A DNA stretch of 40,035 nucleotides from Promethearchaeota archaeon (GCA_019057795.1 JAHLWS010000036.1:1-40035); one strand, 5' to 3'; positions 16,480 to 27,008 are shown, numbered from the stretch's first letter. The notes: generated from the letters alone by a model not told the origin. Numbers and translations: made by a program.

Positions 16480-17914
16480 TTTCTTCTTTTTTTCTACTTC
16501 TACTTTTATTAATAAACTCATTATACAATATATTAATAGCTTTATCGCAATTTTTTCTGTCTATTATTGCGGTAAAATTCAATTCAGAAGACCCTTGTGC
16601 TATTGCTTTAATATTTATATTGTCATCTCCGAGCGAGGTAAAGACTCTTCCAGCTATACCAGGTGTGTGAAGAACTCCTGCGCCAATGACGGCAACTAAT
16701 GAAATATCGTTATTGATTTTAATCCTAAACCACTTTTTACCAAAGAAATCTGAATTTCTTAATAAGAAACTAACTTTCATTGAATCTTCAAACTCTATGC
16801 CAAAAGTTATATTATTTTCTGAGGAACTCTGTGATATAAACACAATATTAACGTTATTATCTCCTAAAAGAGAAAAAATTTTAGAAGCAGTCCCCGTTAA
16901 TGGAACCATCGTATCGCTTTCGACGGTCACCATTGAGAGTTTATATATTGAAGTAATAGCTTTAATTACTTTCTCGCCTCTAACGATTTCTTTCGTTATC
17001 GTTGTAAATTCGTCAGAATCAGGGTCGTTGAAAAACTTAATTTCAGAGGGAATATTTCCTTTTTCGTTGACATCAAGGCATAATGGATGTAGAACTTTTG
17101 AACCAAAAAACGCAAGTTCTTTTGCCTCTTTGTAAGAAATTCTCTTTAAGAGCGCTGTTTTTTCAGCGATTCTTGGGTCTGCGTTTAAAAAACCCTTAAC
17201 ATTTTTCCAGTAAATTACTTTTAAGTTAAAATTAATCCTAAGACAGTATGCTAGGATTGCCGCTGTTAAATCACTTCCACCTCGTCCGAATGTAGTAATT
17301 TTTTTGTCTTTCGTAGAGCCATAAAACCCAGTTACACAAATAATTTCAATTAATTCAGATTGGAGCAAGGGGATTATTCTATCAGTCACCTTTATTTCAG
17401 TCTCTTCTAATAACGGAAGAGCTCTCCCAAAGTTATCGTCTGTAAGGAGAATCTCATCAGAAGAGATATATTCTGTTTTAAATTTTTTTGATTTTAAATA
17501 TTGGCTTAAAATGAATGTGCTAAGTTTTTCTCCATAGGAAATAATTATATCCTGAATTTGCATACTTGGCCGGATTAATTTAATTACCCCACCGATCTGT
17601 TTTAATTCGCTAATTTCTTTTTTTAAAAATTCAAAGGTCTTTTTAAATTCGCTTTCATCGTCGATAAGAATTTGATTAATCATATTTTTATGGATATTAA
17701 AAATATCGTCAATAATGTAATCGCATTTAGGTTCTTCTTTACAAGATTTCTTATAAAAATCTATTAACTTATCAGTTATTCCTTTTAACGCTGATGCTAC
17801 AATTATTATTTTAGAGGCTTCTCTATATTTTTTAACAATATATTGTATTTGACTAAACGATTTTTCATCTTTTAAACAAGAACCTCCAAATTTCATTACA
17901 ACTAGATTTTCCAT
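16472..17914 (-). CDS. lysC: Aspartate kinase with two ACT domains
   Basis: VMKFGGS, ITTFGRGGSDLTA, ADPR, ISYKEAKELAFFGSKVLHP, and ACT motifs SQSSSE / AQGSSE. ATG at 17914 preferred over TTG at 17932. Confidence 0.93.
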   Translation of the reverse strand: MENLVVMKFGGSCLKDEKSFSQIQYIVKKYREASKIIIVASALKGITDKLIDFYKKSCKEEPKCDYIIDDIFNIHKNMINQILIDDESEFKKTFEFLKKEISELKQIGGVIKLIRPSMQIQDIIISYGEKLSTFILSQYLKSKKFKTEYISSDEILLTDDNFGRALPLLEETEIKVTDRIIPLLQSELIEIICVTGFYGSTKDKKITTFGRGGSDLTAAILAYCLRINFNLKVIYWKNVKGFLNADPRIAEKTALLKRISYKEAKELAFFGSKVLHPLCLDVNEKGNIPSEIKFFNDPDSDEFTTITKEIVRGEKVIKAITSIYKLSMVTVESDTMVPLTGTASKIFSLLGDNNVNIVFISQSSSENNITFGIEFEDSMKVSFLLRNSDFFGKKWFRIKINNDISLVAVIGAGVLHTPGIAGRVFTSLGDDNINIKAIAQGSSELNFTAIIDRKNCDKAINILYNEFINKSRSRKKEEIN

Positions 17915-18011
17915 TCTAACTATAAAACACAAAATTATTGAGTTAAATTGAGATATTAATGAATAGAAAAAATCGAAAACTTATAAATAAGTTGGAATTC
18001 CATAATAATTT

Positions 18012-18434
18012 TTATTTCTGAGAAATTATGGGAATTATTGCATTATTTGGACAACTTACGAAACATCTTAAACAATTTTGACATAAATCCATATTTTTCT
18101 TATTAAAGGTAATCTGTTTTTTATCCGAATCTGGTTCAATAATCAGAACATATAAGTTTTGGAAACAAAAACCTTCCTCTAAGCACTTTTTACAAACCGT
18201 ACATCTCTCGCTATCTATTTCAAAATCTATTAATTGCCCGTCTTCCATCGATATTACTTCAATTGCGTTGTGTTCGCATACATCAACGCATTTAAGGCAC
18301 CCTTTACATTTATTGTAATCCACATACCTTAAGGTATCTTTAAAAAAAATAGCTTTTGGATGGCAAGAATACATACATTTTTGACATCGGACGCAAAATT
18401 GCGGGTTAACACTTATAGGAAATAATTTTTCCAT
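18012..18434 (-). CDS. Polyferredoxin-like 4Fe-4S protein (four cluster motifs)
   Basis: CVRCQKCMYSC, CKGCLKCVDVC, CTVCKKCLEEGFC, CQNCLRCFVSCP. Confidence 0.88.
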   Translation of the reverse strand: MEKLFPISVNPQFCVRCQKCMYSCHPKAIFFKDTLRYVDYNKCKGCLKCVDVCEHNAIEVISMEDGQLIDFEIDSERCTVCKKCLEEGFCFQNLYVLIIEPDSDKKQITFNKKNMDLCQNCLRCFVSCPNNAIIPIISQK

Positions 18435-18556
18435 TTTATTTTGCTTTTTTTTTAATTTTAATTTTAAAATTAACTATACTTATTAAAAAAAAGTGAAAAA
18501 CAAGCTAATCAACCTAAAAAGATTTAAAAAAAAATTTCAAAAAATTCGAATTATAT

Positions 18557-18877
18557 TTATTTCGGAGGGGACAAAACGATCTCCATGGAGCTTACATTAT
18601 TTTGACGACCTTCCTCGCCCGTAAGTACCTCCGTGGTAATACTAATGTCCTTATATTCAACTCCCTTCAAGAAACGATTTTTTAAAATCTCGCAGATATC
18701 AACGGCATGAGAAATCGCCTTACCGCGAGCTTTTACCGTACAATCTACTCCTTTATTCAAGACCATCATCACAGCCATTACGTAATTCATCGTAGGACGA
18801 CGCCCAACAAAGACCGCGTTTTCTTGACCTGGCTCTCTTTTTCTTTTCTCTGGCTCTCTTTTTCTTTTCTCTGACAT
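18557..18877 (-). CDS. albA: Alba DNA/RNA-binding chromatin protein
   Basis: VFVGRRPTMNYV, VKARGKAISHAVD, NVSSMEIVL. Confidence 0.93.
   Translation of the reverse strand: MSEKRKREPEKRKREPGQENAVFVGRRPTMNYVMAVMMVLNKGVDCTVKARGKAISHAVDICEILKNRFLKGVEYKDISITTEVLTGEEGRQNNVSSMEIVLSPPK
18829..18873. repeat. Perfect 21-bp tandem duplication in the alba 5' end
   Basis: CTGGCTCTCTTTTTCTTTTCT at 18829-18849 and 18850-18870, followed by CTG. Encodes EKRKREP twice. Confidence 0.95.
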
Positions 18878-19022
18878 TTTTTATTTTCTCCAAATTGTTA
18901 TTTATTTATTCTCCATGTGTGTTAATTATTCCTATGTATTATGCTTTAAATTTATTCAGAATTTATTTAAAAAAATGTAGGTTGCAAATAGAATTGCAGA
19001 ACAAAGTTGAAAAAGTTGCGAT

Positions 19023-19496
19023 TTAAAGTTTACTTAACAATAAAGGTTTAACGATTAAAACTGATTCATTTAACAAATCTTTCTTAACTTCATTTTCCAT
19101 ATTATAACCTTCTATATACACAATTTTTTTAATCCCAGCATTAATAATTAATTTTAAGCAAGTCATACAAGGAAAAATCGTAGTATAAAGAGTTGTATCA
19201 CCCTTAATTGAAGTACCATGAATAGCAGCTTGAATTATACAATTAATTTCTGCATGCACACCTCGACATAATTCTGGTCTTTCACCACTTTTTAAATTCT
19301 GTCGCACACACGTTTTTGAAGTACAATGTTTAAGTCCCGATGGAGCTCCATTATATCCTGTAGATAATATATGTGAATCCTTTACTAATACAGCGCCAAC
19401 ATTTCGTTTAATACATGTACTTCTTTCTGAGACTGCCATTGCAATTTTCATAAAATATTTGTCTTTTGAAATTCGATTTTTGTTTTGATCAATCAT
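19023..19496 (-). CDS. dCMP deaminase (ComEB-like)
   Basis: RSTC, GYNG, HAE and PCxxC zinc motifs. Confidence 0.92.
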   Translation of the reverse strand: MIDQNKNRISKDKYFMKIAMAVSERSTCIKRNVGAVLVKDSHILSTGYNGAPSGLKHCTSKTCVRQNLKSGERPELCRGVHAEINCIIQAAIHGTSIKGDTTLYTTIFPCMTCLKLIINAGIKKIVYIEGYNMENEVKKDLLNESVLIVKPLLLSKL

Positions 19497-19644
19497 AGCA
19501 TATCATGATTTATTTTATTTTAAAACATATAAATTAACCAATATTTAATTTTGTTATCAGTAAACTAAAAAAATAGAACTTAATAATATAATAAATAAGG
19601 AAGAAATAGTAAATTTTTTAAAAATTTTAAGATAGAAATTAAAT

Positions 19645-20694
19645 ATGGAAAATAACGCAGAGTTTAAACGCGAGAAAGGCTTTATAGAAAGAATTTTCGA
19701 TAATAAAGCGTTCATACTTATTATTCTAGGCATAGTAATTAGAGTTATTATGCTTTTTTACTATTACTATACTCATTCAATTAATCCACTAAGATCATGG
19801 GGTGATTTAGGTTCTTATTTCGAAAAGAATCTTACTAGTACACCCCTTACAATATTTATTTTAGAAATTTTTAGATTTCTCTCTTTTGGAAGCATTGAAA
19901 TTTTTGCATTTTGGGGTTTTCTGTGGGATCTATTAACAACTTTAATGTTTTATTTTATAATTAAAAATTTTAATGTCAAAAATTTAAATTATGCTTTCGG
20001 TTTATTTATGATCAATCCATTTTTCTTTTTAAGTAATTCATTTAGCATAGAAAATTGTGGATATCATATTACAGATGCCTTCTTTTTCTTCTTTCTTTTT
20101 TTAGCTTTCATATATTTTCCAAAAAAACAAAAGCATTCGAAATATTTGTTTTATTTATTCTTAGGATTATCAATGTGTGTAAAATATTACACTTTACCTG
20201 CAGTAGGATTTTTCTTTTTAAAATATTTAATTGATAAAGATTGGAAAGAAATGAAGATATTTTTAATTTCTATTGCTCCACTACTAATTATTTTTTTAAT
20301 TCTTCCATTATTTCTAACTGATTGGTTTTTTAATATATTATTTAATTGGTATTCAGTAGGAATTAGCATACCTTTATTTATAAAAATTATTCCACCAGTA
20401 AGTATAGCATTGTTATTTATCATATTCAGAATGAATAAAAGTGATGCTTTTGAAATTTCTATTTTATCAACTGTTACTACTGCTTCTTTTATGGTTTTTA
20501 GTTATTTTTATTTAAGATGGTTTCAATCAATATTATTTTATGGTGTTTTAAAAGAAAAAGAGTTTTTTACTCTTAACTTAAATTTAGGATCTAAAAAAAG
20601 GGAAATAATTGTAAATAATCATTTAATCACATTTTATTTGTCATTTCTAGGGGTTTTATTAGCTTATCTTCTAATTATTTTTGCCTATAGTTGA
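19645..20694 (+). CDS. Polytopic membrane protein, probable GT-C glycosyltransferase (GT87/PIG-M/PIG-U-like)
   Basis: Many TM segments; acidic residue in the loop after TM1 (WGDL); INPF; GLSMCVKYY. Adjacent to a polyprenol-P glycosyltransferase and a flippase-like gene. Confidence 0.55.
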   Translation: MENNAEFKREKGFIERIFDNKAFILIILGIVIRVIMLFYYYYTHSINPLRSWGDLGSYFEKNLTSTPLTIFILEIFRFLSFGSIEIFAFWGFLWDLLTTLMFYFIIKNFNVKNLNYAFGLFMINPFFFLSNSFSIENCGYHITDAFFFFFLFLAFIYFPKKQKHSKYLFYLFLGLSMCVKYYTLPAVGFFFLKYLIDKDWKEMKIFLISIAPLLIIFLILPLFLTDWFFNILFNWYSVGISIPLFIKIIPPVSIALLFIIFRMNKSDAFEISILSTVTTASFMVFSYFYLRWFQSILFYGVLKEKEFFTLNLNLGSKKREIIVNNHLITFYLSFLGVLLAYLLIIFAYS

Positions 20695-20715
20695 TAGAAG
20701 AATAGAACAAATTCT

Positions 20716-21444
20716 CTATTTGCGAAGTCTAAGCCCAAGTAAAAAGAGTGGTCGAAAAATACTCCACCAACCAGTAATGGGTCTCATCTTTGTAATACCT
20801 AATTTCTTTGGGGGATAAATTTTAGTAACAGGTACTTCTCTCGTCTTATATCCTAATTTTATAATTTTATAGTACAAATACGGCTCGAGTTCATATTTAT
20901 CTAGCCAAGATTGCCAAATATTAATCCTTTTGTCTTGGAAAAGTGATAATTTGAAAGCTCTAAAACCGTTAGTGCTTTCAGTGACCCACTTTCCAGATAT
21001 GATCGAAAATATAAGTGGATGAAGCCTTGTAGCCAATATTCTGTATAAAGGGATATCTCCATATTGTCCACCTTTCTTGAATCGAGAACCTTGAACAAAA
21101 TCGCAGTTATCCTTTATAATTGGATTTAATAATCTCGGAATTTCATCAGGATTATCTTTATTATTGCCAGCCATAATAACCATTATGTCAAAATTCTGAG
21201 CTATAGCATATTCAATGCCTTTTCGAAGCGCTACACCAACGCCATAAGTTCTACCTAAAGAGAGGAGTGTAGCACCCTTAGCTTTCGCTGATTCAGGAGA
21301 ACCATCTGTTGATCCATCATCTACAACAAGAATTTCATCAACAATTGATTTATCTATTCTTGATACAACTTTATCGATTTTATGAAGCTCATTGAAACAA
21401 GGGGCAACACATATTATACGATTTCCTTCAAACAAAATTAACAC
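20716..21444 (-). CDS. GT2 glycosyltransferase, dolichol/polyprenol-phosphate sugar synthase (DPM1-like)
   Basis: APCFNE, VVDDGSTDGS, VQGSRF, TESTNGFRAF, EVPV. Confidence 0.88.
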   Translation of the reverse strand: MLILFEGNRIICVAPCFNELHKIDKVVSRIDKSIVDEILVVDDGSTDGSPESAKAKGATLLSLGRTYGVGVALRKGIEYAIAQNFDIMVIMAGNNKDNPDEIPRLLNPIIKDNCDFVQGSRFKKGGQYGDIPLYRILATRLHPLIFSIISGKWVTESTNGFRAFKLSLFQDKRINIWQSWLDKYELEPYLYYKIIKLGYKTREVPVTKIYPPKKLGITKMRPITGWWSIFRPLFLLGLRLRK

Positions 21445-21528
21445 TTTTGGTGATATAGAAAGGTTTTAAAATATTTATAAAAATTAAAGCAATTTTATTA
21501 AATTTTCTCAAATTTGACTTAGGATTAT

Positions 21529-22575
21529 TCATAATACCAATTCTTTTGCTTCTTTTAATTTAAAATTGTAATGAAAAATTGAATATCCACCGAAAAAAAG
21601 GAGATAAGCACTTCTAAATAAATGTTCTATAATAAAAATTGACAAAATTTCAATAAATGGAATTGCAGGATAAAAAATAAAAACAAAAAATGCTCCAATA
21701 TTCTCAGAGATTCCCCAACCTCCAGGAGTTATTGGAAAAGTTTTACTAAAAAATAATAAAATTGAAGCTAAAATAAGTACGAAAATATTTAAATTATATC
21801 CTATAAAATAAAAAAATATTGCTACTATAAGCGCATCAAAAGTCCAAGTTGGAAAACTTAATAAAATTATATATGTGAATTCCTTTTTATGATCTTTAAA
21901 TTTTCTTATACCCTCTTTAAAGTTTTTCAAGAATCTACCTAAATAGTGAGCCAAGTTTTTAAAAATTTTTTCTATAATATTTAGTATAAAATTCGTTTTA
22001 TATAGAAGTAATAAAATAAATAATAGGATCAAAAAGATTAGTATCGCTCCAAAAATAAGGTATATTTGGAGATTTTGGCCTAGGATAATTATATTTTCAC
22101 TTACTCCAATATTGCTTAAATATAAATAAAATAAAGAAAAAATATTAATACAAAATAAAAAAATTAAATCTAAAATTCTTTCAATGGCAATTCCGGCTAT
22201 AGATTCACTTAATTTTATATTCTCTTGATCTTTTAGAATAAAGATTTTTGCTACATCACCTACTTTTCCTGGTGTTAAATCATTTATAACGAAAGCAGCT
22301 CCGATTGAAAAGTATGAAGAACTAAAATTTATGGGTTGATCAAGCCCTTTAAAAACAAATTTTAATTTATAAGCTCTAAAAATAAATGCCACAGTATAAG
22401 TAAAGATGAATAAAATACTTCCAAAAAAACCAATTTCGGTTATTTTTATAATTAGATTAGTGAAATCTACTATAAATATCATAAATAAAATCAAAAGAAT
22501 TGTTCCTAAACCAATAAGAAACTGTTTTCTTTTTTTTAACCAAATTAAGATCTTATTATTTCTTTCCTTAGACAT
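21529..22575 (-). CDS. Lysylphosphatidylglycerol synthase TM / UPF0104 flippase-like membrane protein
   Basis: NDLTPGKVGDVAK, ERILD, PITPGGWGISE; polytopic. Confidence 0.85.
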   Translation of the reverse strand: MSKERNNKILIWLKKRKQFLIGLGTILLILFMIFIVDFTNLIIKITEIGFFGSILFIFTYTVAFIFRAYKLKFVFKGLDQPINFSSSYFSIGAAFVINDLTPGKVGDVAKIFILKDQENIKLSESIAGIAIERILDLIFLFCINIFSLFYLYLSNIGVSENIIILGQNLQIYLIFGAILIFLILLFILLLLYKTNFILNIIEKIFKNLAHYLGRFLKNFKEGIRKFKDHKKEFTYIILLSFPTWTFDALIVAIFFYFIGYNLNIFVLILASILLFFSKTFPITPGGWGISENIGAFFVFIFYPAIPFIEILSIFIIEHLFRSAYLLFFGGYSIFHYNFKLKEAKELVL

Positions 22576-22717
22576 AAATTAAAACTCAAAATTTTTACTC
22601 TATCTTAAAGTTTGTTAATTCTTATCCATAATAAATCCAGTACAATATGAAGCTGGTAAATTAATTTGTTAAATGGAACATGGATTTATTTTTTTTTATC
22701 AAAATATCATAAGAGAT

Positions 22718-23839
22718 TTAATTAAAAAAATTTGTAATTGTAGTTGTAACATATTCTATCTCTTCATCACATAAAAATGGATATATTGGAAGGCTAATTA
22801 TCTCATTAGCGTACTTAATAGTTTTTTTATTGTCAAAGTGATCAAGATACTTAAAGGGTTTAGTTTTTTGAATAGGGATTGGATAGTGGATTACTGTTGG
22901 AATATTATTTTCTAATAAATATTATTGAAATTTATCTCTGTTCTTTACTCTTACAGCATAAATGTGATAAATTTGTTTGTTAATATAGGGTGCCATCTTT
23001 GGAGTAATAATGTTTTTTTCATTTTTTAATAGATTATTATATTTATTAGCAATTTCAATTCGCATATCATTCCATCGATCTAAGTGTTTTAATTTTTCAT
23101 CTACTATTATTGCCTGAATTGTATCCATTCTATTATTCCAACCTTTAAAATCGTAATAATACTTTTTGCTAGAACCATAATTTCTTAATGATTTTACCCT
23201 ATCATATAGTTCTTCACTATTTGTTGTAATAACTCCAGCATCGCCTGCAGCTCCTAAATTTTTACCGGGATATAAAGAAAATGCTGAAATATCCCCAAAA
23301 TATCCAACTTTTTTATTTAAAACTATTGCTCCATGAGCTTGAGAAGAATCTTCTAATACTAAACATTCAAATGTTTTTGCCAATTCAAGAACTCGTTTCA
23401 TATCGGTGGGGTGACCAAATAGATGAACTGGAATGATAACGCAAGATTTCCATTTTTTCCTATTATTTTTCAAATAAGATTCTAATAAATCTCCATCAAT
23501 CTGGTAATACTCATCACAATCGATTAAAACAATTTCATAGTTTAAATCACTTAGATATGTAATAGCTAACGCTGTTGCTATAAAAGTATTCGCAGGAATT
23601 ATAATACCACAAGGTGATTCCAGTTCTAGAGCAGCTAGTGATATTTTTAAAGCATCTGTTCCATTAGAAACGCCTACGGCAAATTTTGTTCCACAATATT
23701 TCGCAAAATTTTTTTCAAATTCACTTATAGCCTTTCCATTAATAAAATCCGATCTTTTAAAGAGTTCTTCTAATCTAGGATTAACATCTTTCTCGATAAT
23801 TTCCCATTGTTTAAATAAATCATTAAATTTTATCTCCAT
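22718..23839 (-). pseudogene. DegT/DnrJ/EryC1/StrS PLP sugar aminotransferase interrupted by an in-frame TAA at 22922-22924
   Basis: SNGTDAL, EDSSQAHGA, FSLYPGKNLGAAGDAG. The same frame continues past the stop for 67 codons containing IHYPIP and IISLPIYP, ending at TAA 22718-22720. Confidence 0.85.
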
Positions 23840-23842
23840 AAT

Positions 23843-24733
23843 TTATGCCTCCAATATTTTAATTGTCTCAGTTGTTAAAAATTTCTGTTTAAGCATATCT
23901 TCTTCTGAAAATGAAAAGAATGAATTTATTGAATTTTTTAAGGGTGATTTATATTCACTACAAGGATAACTTAAATTACCTGAATAAATTGGAAAAATTA
24001 AGTTAGTGGAATCTTCATATTGTAAAAATCTTTTAAAATCATCCCAAACAATAAAGTAATTTTCAAATTCAAAAACACATTCCCTAACTTTTTTTCTGTA
24101 ATGCCAGCTAACATTAATAGTAGTTGAAAAATCTTTATATTCTATTAAACCTAAAGAGCTATCATCTTGTTTTGAATTTATATTTCTTTTATAATCAATC
24201 CATTTTATATTTATTGGTTCTTCTGAGAAAAGGTATTGAATGATTGAAACATCATGAGCTGCTAAATCCCATCGGGCATTTACATCAAATCTTTCAGGTC
24301 CTAAATTTAATCTATTCATAACAATACTTCGAATTTTACCTAATTTACCATTATCATAATCTTTTTTCATTGTTTCAATTTGATTATTAAATGTAAATAT
24401 CCAGTCTGTAAATAAGATATCTCCATTTTTAAGTGCGATATCATACAAAAGTTCTGCTTTTGAGGATGATAAAGTTAATGGTTTTTCACAAAATACATTA
24501 ATACTTTTTTCAAGAAAGTGCTTACTTATTTGAAAATGGGTTGTAGTTGGAGTGGTGATAAAAACATATTCACAATCCAATTTCTTATAATCGTTAACTG
24601 TTTTATACTTTTGATATGTTTTATTTTCGGAAAATGAAATATCGCATAATATAATGTCTTTTTCTCCCATTTCTTCTAGATTTTTTAAAATAATCTTACC
24701 CCAATAGCCAATTCCTATTATTCCAATCTTCAT
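23843..24733 (-). CDS. Gfo/Idh/MocA NAD-dependent oxidoreductase (WbpB/WlbA-like sugar 3-dehydrogenase)
   Basis: GIGYWG, TPTTTH, CEKP, WDLAAHD. ATGA overlap with the upstream gene. Confidence 0.85.
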   Translation of the reverse strand: MKIGIIGIGYWGKIILKNLEEMGEKDIILCDISFSENKTYQKYKTVNDYKKLDCEYVFITTPTTTHFQISKHFLEKSINVFCEKPLTLSSSKAELLYDIALKNGDILFTDWIFTFNNQIETMKKDYDNGKLGKIRSIVMNRLNLGPERFDVNARWDLAAHDVSIIQYLFSEEPINIKWIDYKRNINSKQDDSSLGLIEYKDFSTTINVSWHYRKKVRECVFEFENYFIVWDDFKRFLQYEDSTNLIFPIYSGNLSYPCSEYKSPLKNSINSFFSFSEEDMLKQKFLTTETIKILEA

Positions 24734-25179
24734 TTTAACTTAAAACCCTTTAATTTTCTAATTATTTTCGCTGGATTTCCAACTATAACACAATTAGCAG
24801 GAACATCTTTAGTTACTACTGATCCTGCACCAATTATAGAATTACTCCCAATTTTTACTGGCAATATTGTAACATTTGCACCTATTCGTACATTATCACT
24901 TACATTAGTCTTTCTCATAACCCAACTTTCAATATCTGGAGAATCAAAAAGATCGTTTGTAAACTTTGTCCCATGGCCTATAAAACAATGCTTTCCTATT
25001 GATACTCCTTCACAAACAAAAGAATGACTTTGAATTCTTGTCTTATTTCCAATAACAACATTTTTCTGAATTTCTACAAATGGTCCTATAAAGCAATTAT
25101 CACCTAATTTACAACCGTATAAATTGACAGGTTCAATGATTTTTACATCTTTCCCTAATTGACAATTTTTTATAGTCAA
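24730..25179 (-). CDS. Hexapeptide-repeat N-acetyltransferase (WbpD/WlbB-like)
   Basis: NLYGC, GPFVEIQK, FTND, GAGSVVTKDVP, GNPA; TTG start. Confidence 0.88.
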   Translation of the reverse strand: MTIKNCQLGKDVKIIEPVNLYGCKLGDNCFIGPFVEIQKNVVIGNKTRIQSHSFVCEGVSIGKHCFIGHGTKFTNDLFDSPDIESWVMRKTNVSDNVRIGANVTILPVKIGSNSIIGAGSVVTKDVPANCVIVGNPAKIIRKLKGFKLK

Positions 25180-25603
25180 TTTTTAATCTACTATTTATTT
25201 AATATTCTATTATACTCAATTTCATTTCCATATGATTTGAAAAGAAACTAATCCACTTAAAAATGTTAATTGTGATAATAAGAAGATAAATTTAATTTTT
25301 AATTATAATCTTTCTACTTTCTAAAAATATTTTGAATTTTAATTGATTTCTTTAATCAATTGTATTATTCTTTCGAATTCATAACAAATATTATTTTGGA
25401 AAAGTTCCTTTAAATTAAATATACTAAATTTATTTTATCTAGAATTAAAATTTATTATAATATAATTAATTTGGAAAAAACCAAATTCCCATTAATAGCC
25501 AATTAAAAGATAGTGTTATTATTGATGTTTTAATATTGTTATTTTATTAAGAATAAAACCGACTATTATTATTAAGTAATTCTTTCAAATCTAGTGAATA
25601 TGA

Positions 25604-26836
25604 ATGGTTAAACAATTTAAAGTCCCGTGGGCCGCTTGGAGGGACCCAGAATATTTAGAATTAGAGCTCCCCGATTCCTGGGATGTTTCCGTCTGTAGAA
25701 TGAAAGATGCTGACGCTCCAGAATTATCAAGTGAAGATATTAGAAAAGGGATACTAAATCCAATAGGAACTCCTAATTTATCTGTTATTGCCCAGGGGAG
25801 AAAAAGCGTGGTAATCGTTGTAGACGATATGACAAGAACGACGCCATCATCGAAAATTCTTCCGTTTGTTTTTGAAGAACTAGAAAAAGCTGATATCTCA
25901 GAAGAACAAATCACAATTTTATTTGCTCTTGGCGCTCATAGACCAATGAATAAAAACGATTGCTTATTAAAACTAGGCAAAGAAATTGTAAGTAGGTTTA
26001 AAATCGAAAATCATCATCCTTACGAGAACCTTGTACATCTAGGAGATTCTAAGATAGGGACGCCTATTGATGTAAATAAAACGTATTATAACGCAGATTT
26101 AAAGATTGCGGTAGGAGGTGTTATCCCCCATCCTTTAGCTGGCTTTGGGGGCGGTGCCAAAATAGTATTGCCCGGAGTATGTGGTATTCACACACTCGAG
26201 GCGAACCATTCTGCAGGAATGCGAGGAATTGGAGCGGGAATCGGAAGAATGACTGAAATAAGGGAAGATATTGAGGATATTGTTGATAATGTTGGCTTAG
26301 ATTTTTCTGTTAATGTAGTGATGAATGAAATTGGCAACATAACTGAGATCTATTCAGGCCACTATCGAGACGCGCATAGAAAAGCTATGGAAGCCGCAAA
26401 GGAATCTTATACGACAGAAATTACCCTTGAAAATCAAATATGTTTCTTAAATTCTTACCCAGAAGATTCTGAATTGAACCAATCGATAAAAGCTTTTAAT
26501 ATTTTAATGACGGCTTCAAATAGATTTCTTGATAGAAAAGGCACGATTGTTGTAATGTCATCTTCCTACGAAGGCAAGGGTTTTCATAGTTTAATTGCTG
26601 AGACGGGTGCTAAATTATATAACAATTTTGGGAATGGAATTTTATGGAAAGCGTTTGTAAAGAGAAGAAATGTATATTTCTTTTCTCCAAATATTAGTAA
26701 ACCAGATTTATATCATTTCTATCCAAAATCCGTCCAATTGTTTAATGATTGGAATGAGTTAATTAATGAATTATCAAATATGCACGGAAATTCTCCTAAA
26801 GTAGCGATAATTCCTACAAGTATGCAGTTAACATAA
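25604..26836 (+). CDS. LarA-family (nickel-pincer) 2-hydroxyacid racemase/epimerase
   Basis: VVDDMTRTTP, ALGAHR, NHH, PHPLAGFGGGAKIVLPG, ANH. Confidence 0.82.
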   Translation: MVKQFKVPWAAWRDPEYLELELPDSWDVSVCRMKDADAPELSSEDIRKGILNPIGTPNLSVIAQGRKSVVIVVDDMTRTTPSSKILPFVFEELEKADISEEQITILFALGAHRPMNKNDCLLKLGKEIVSRFKIENHHPYENLVHLGDSKIGTPIDVNKTYYNADLKIAVGGVIPHPLAGFGGGAKIVLPGVCGIHTLEANHSAGMRGIGAGIGRMTEIREDIEDIVDNVGLDFSVNVVMNEIGNITEIYSGHYRDAHRKAMEAAKESYTTEITLENQICFLNSYPEDSELNQSIKAFNILMTASNRFLDRKGTIVVMSSSYEGKGFHSLIAETGAKLYNNFGNGILWKAFVKRRNVYFFSPNISKPDLYHFYPKSVQLFNDWNELINELSNMHGNSPKVAIIPTSMQLT

Positions 26837-27008
26837 TCTAAAACTTTTATATTTCTTTTTAAAACTTACTTAGAACCATTATTTTTTTCATTTAAATCAT
26901 TAAAATATGAATATTATTAAATAAATCTACAGAAAATAAAAGATAGTTTTATTTTTTCTTTTAGTATACTTTAATTTAAGTCAATTTTGAAAATTGTTAT
27001 TGTTTCAT

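Noticed and set aside
22922-22924. Selenocysteine or pyrrolysine recoding of the internal stop
   Set aside because: The codon is TAA, not TGA or TAG.
25180-25603. Long AT-rich intergenic region as a possible origin or ncRNA
   Set aside because: No ORB-like repeats, GC-rich stems or adjacent cdc6; consistent with divergent promoters.
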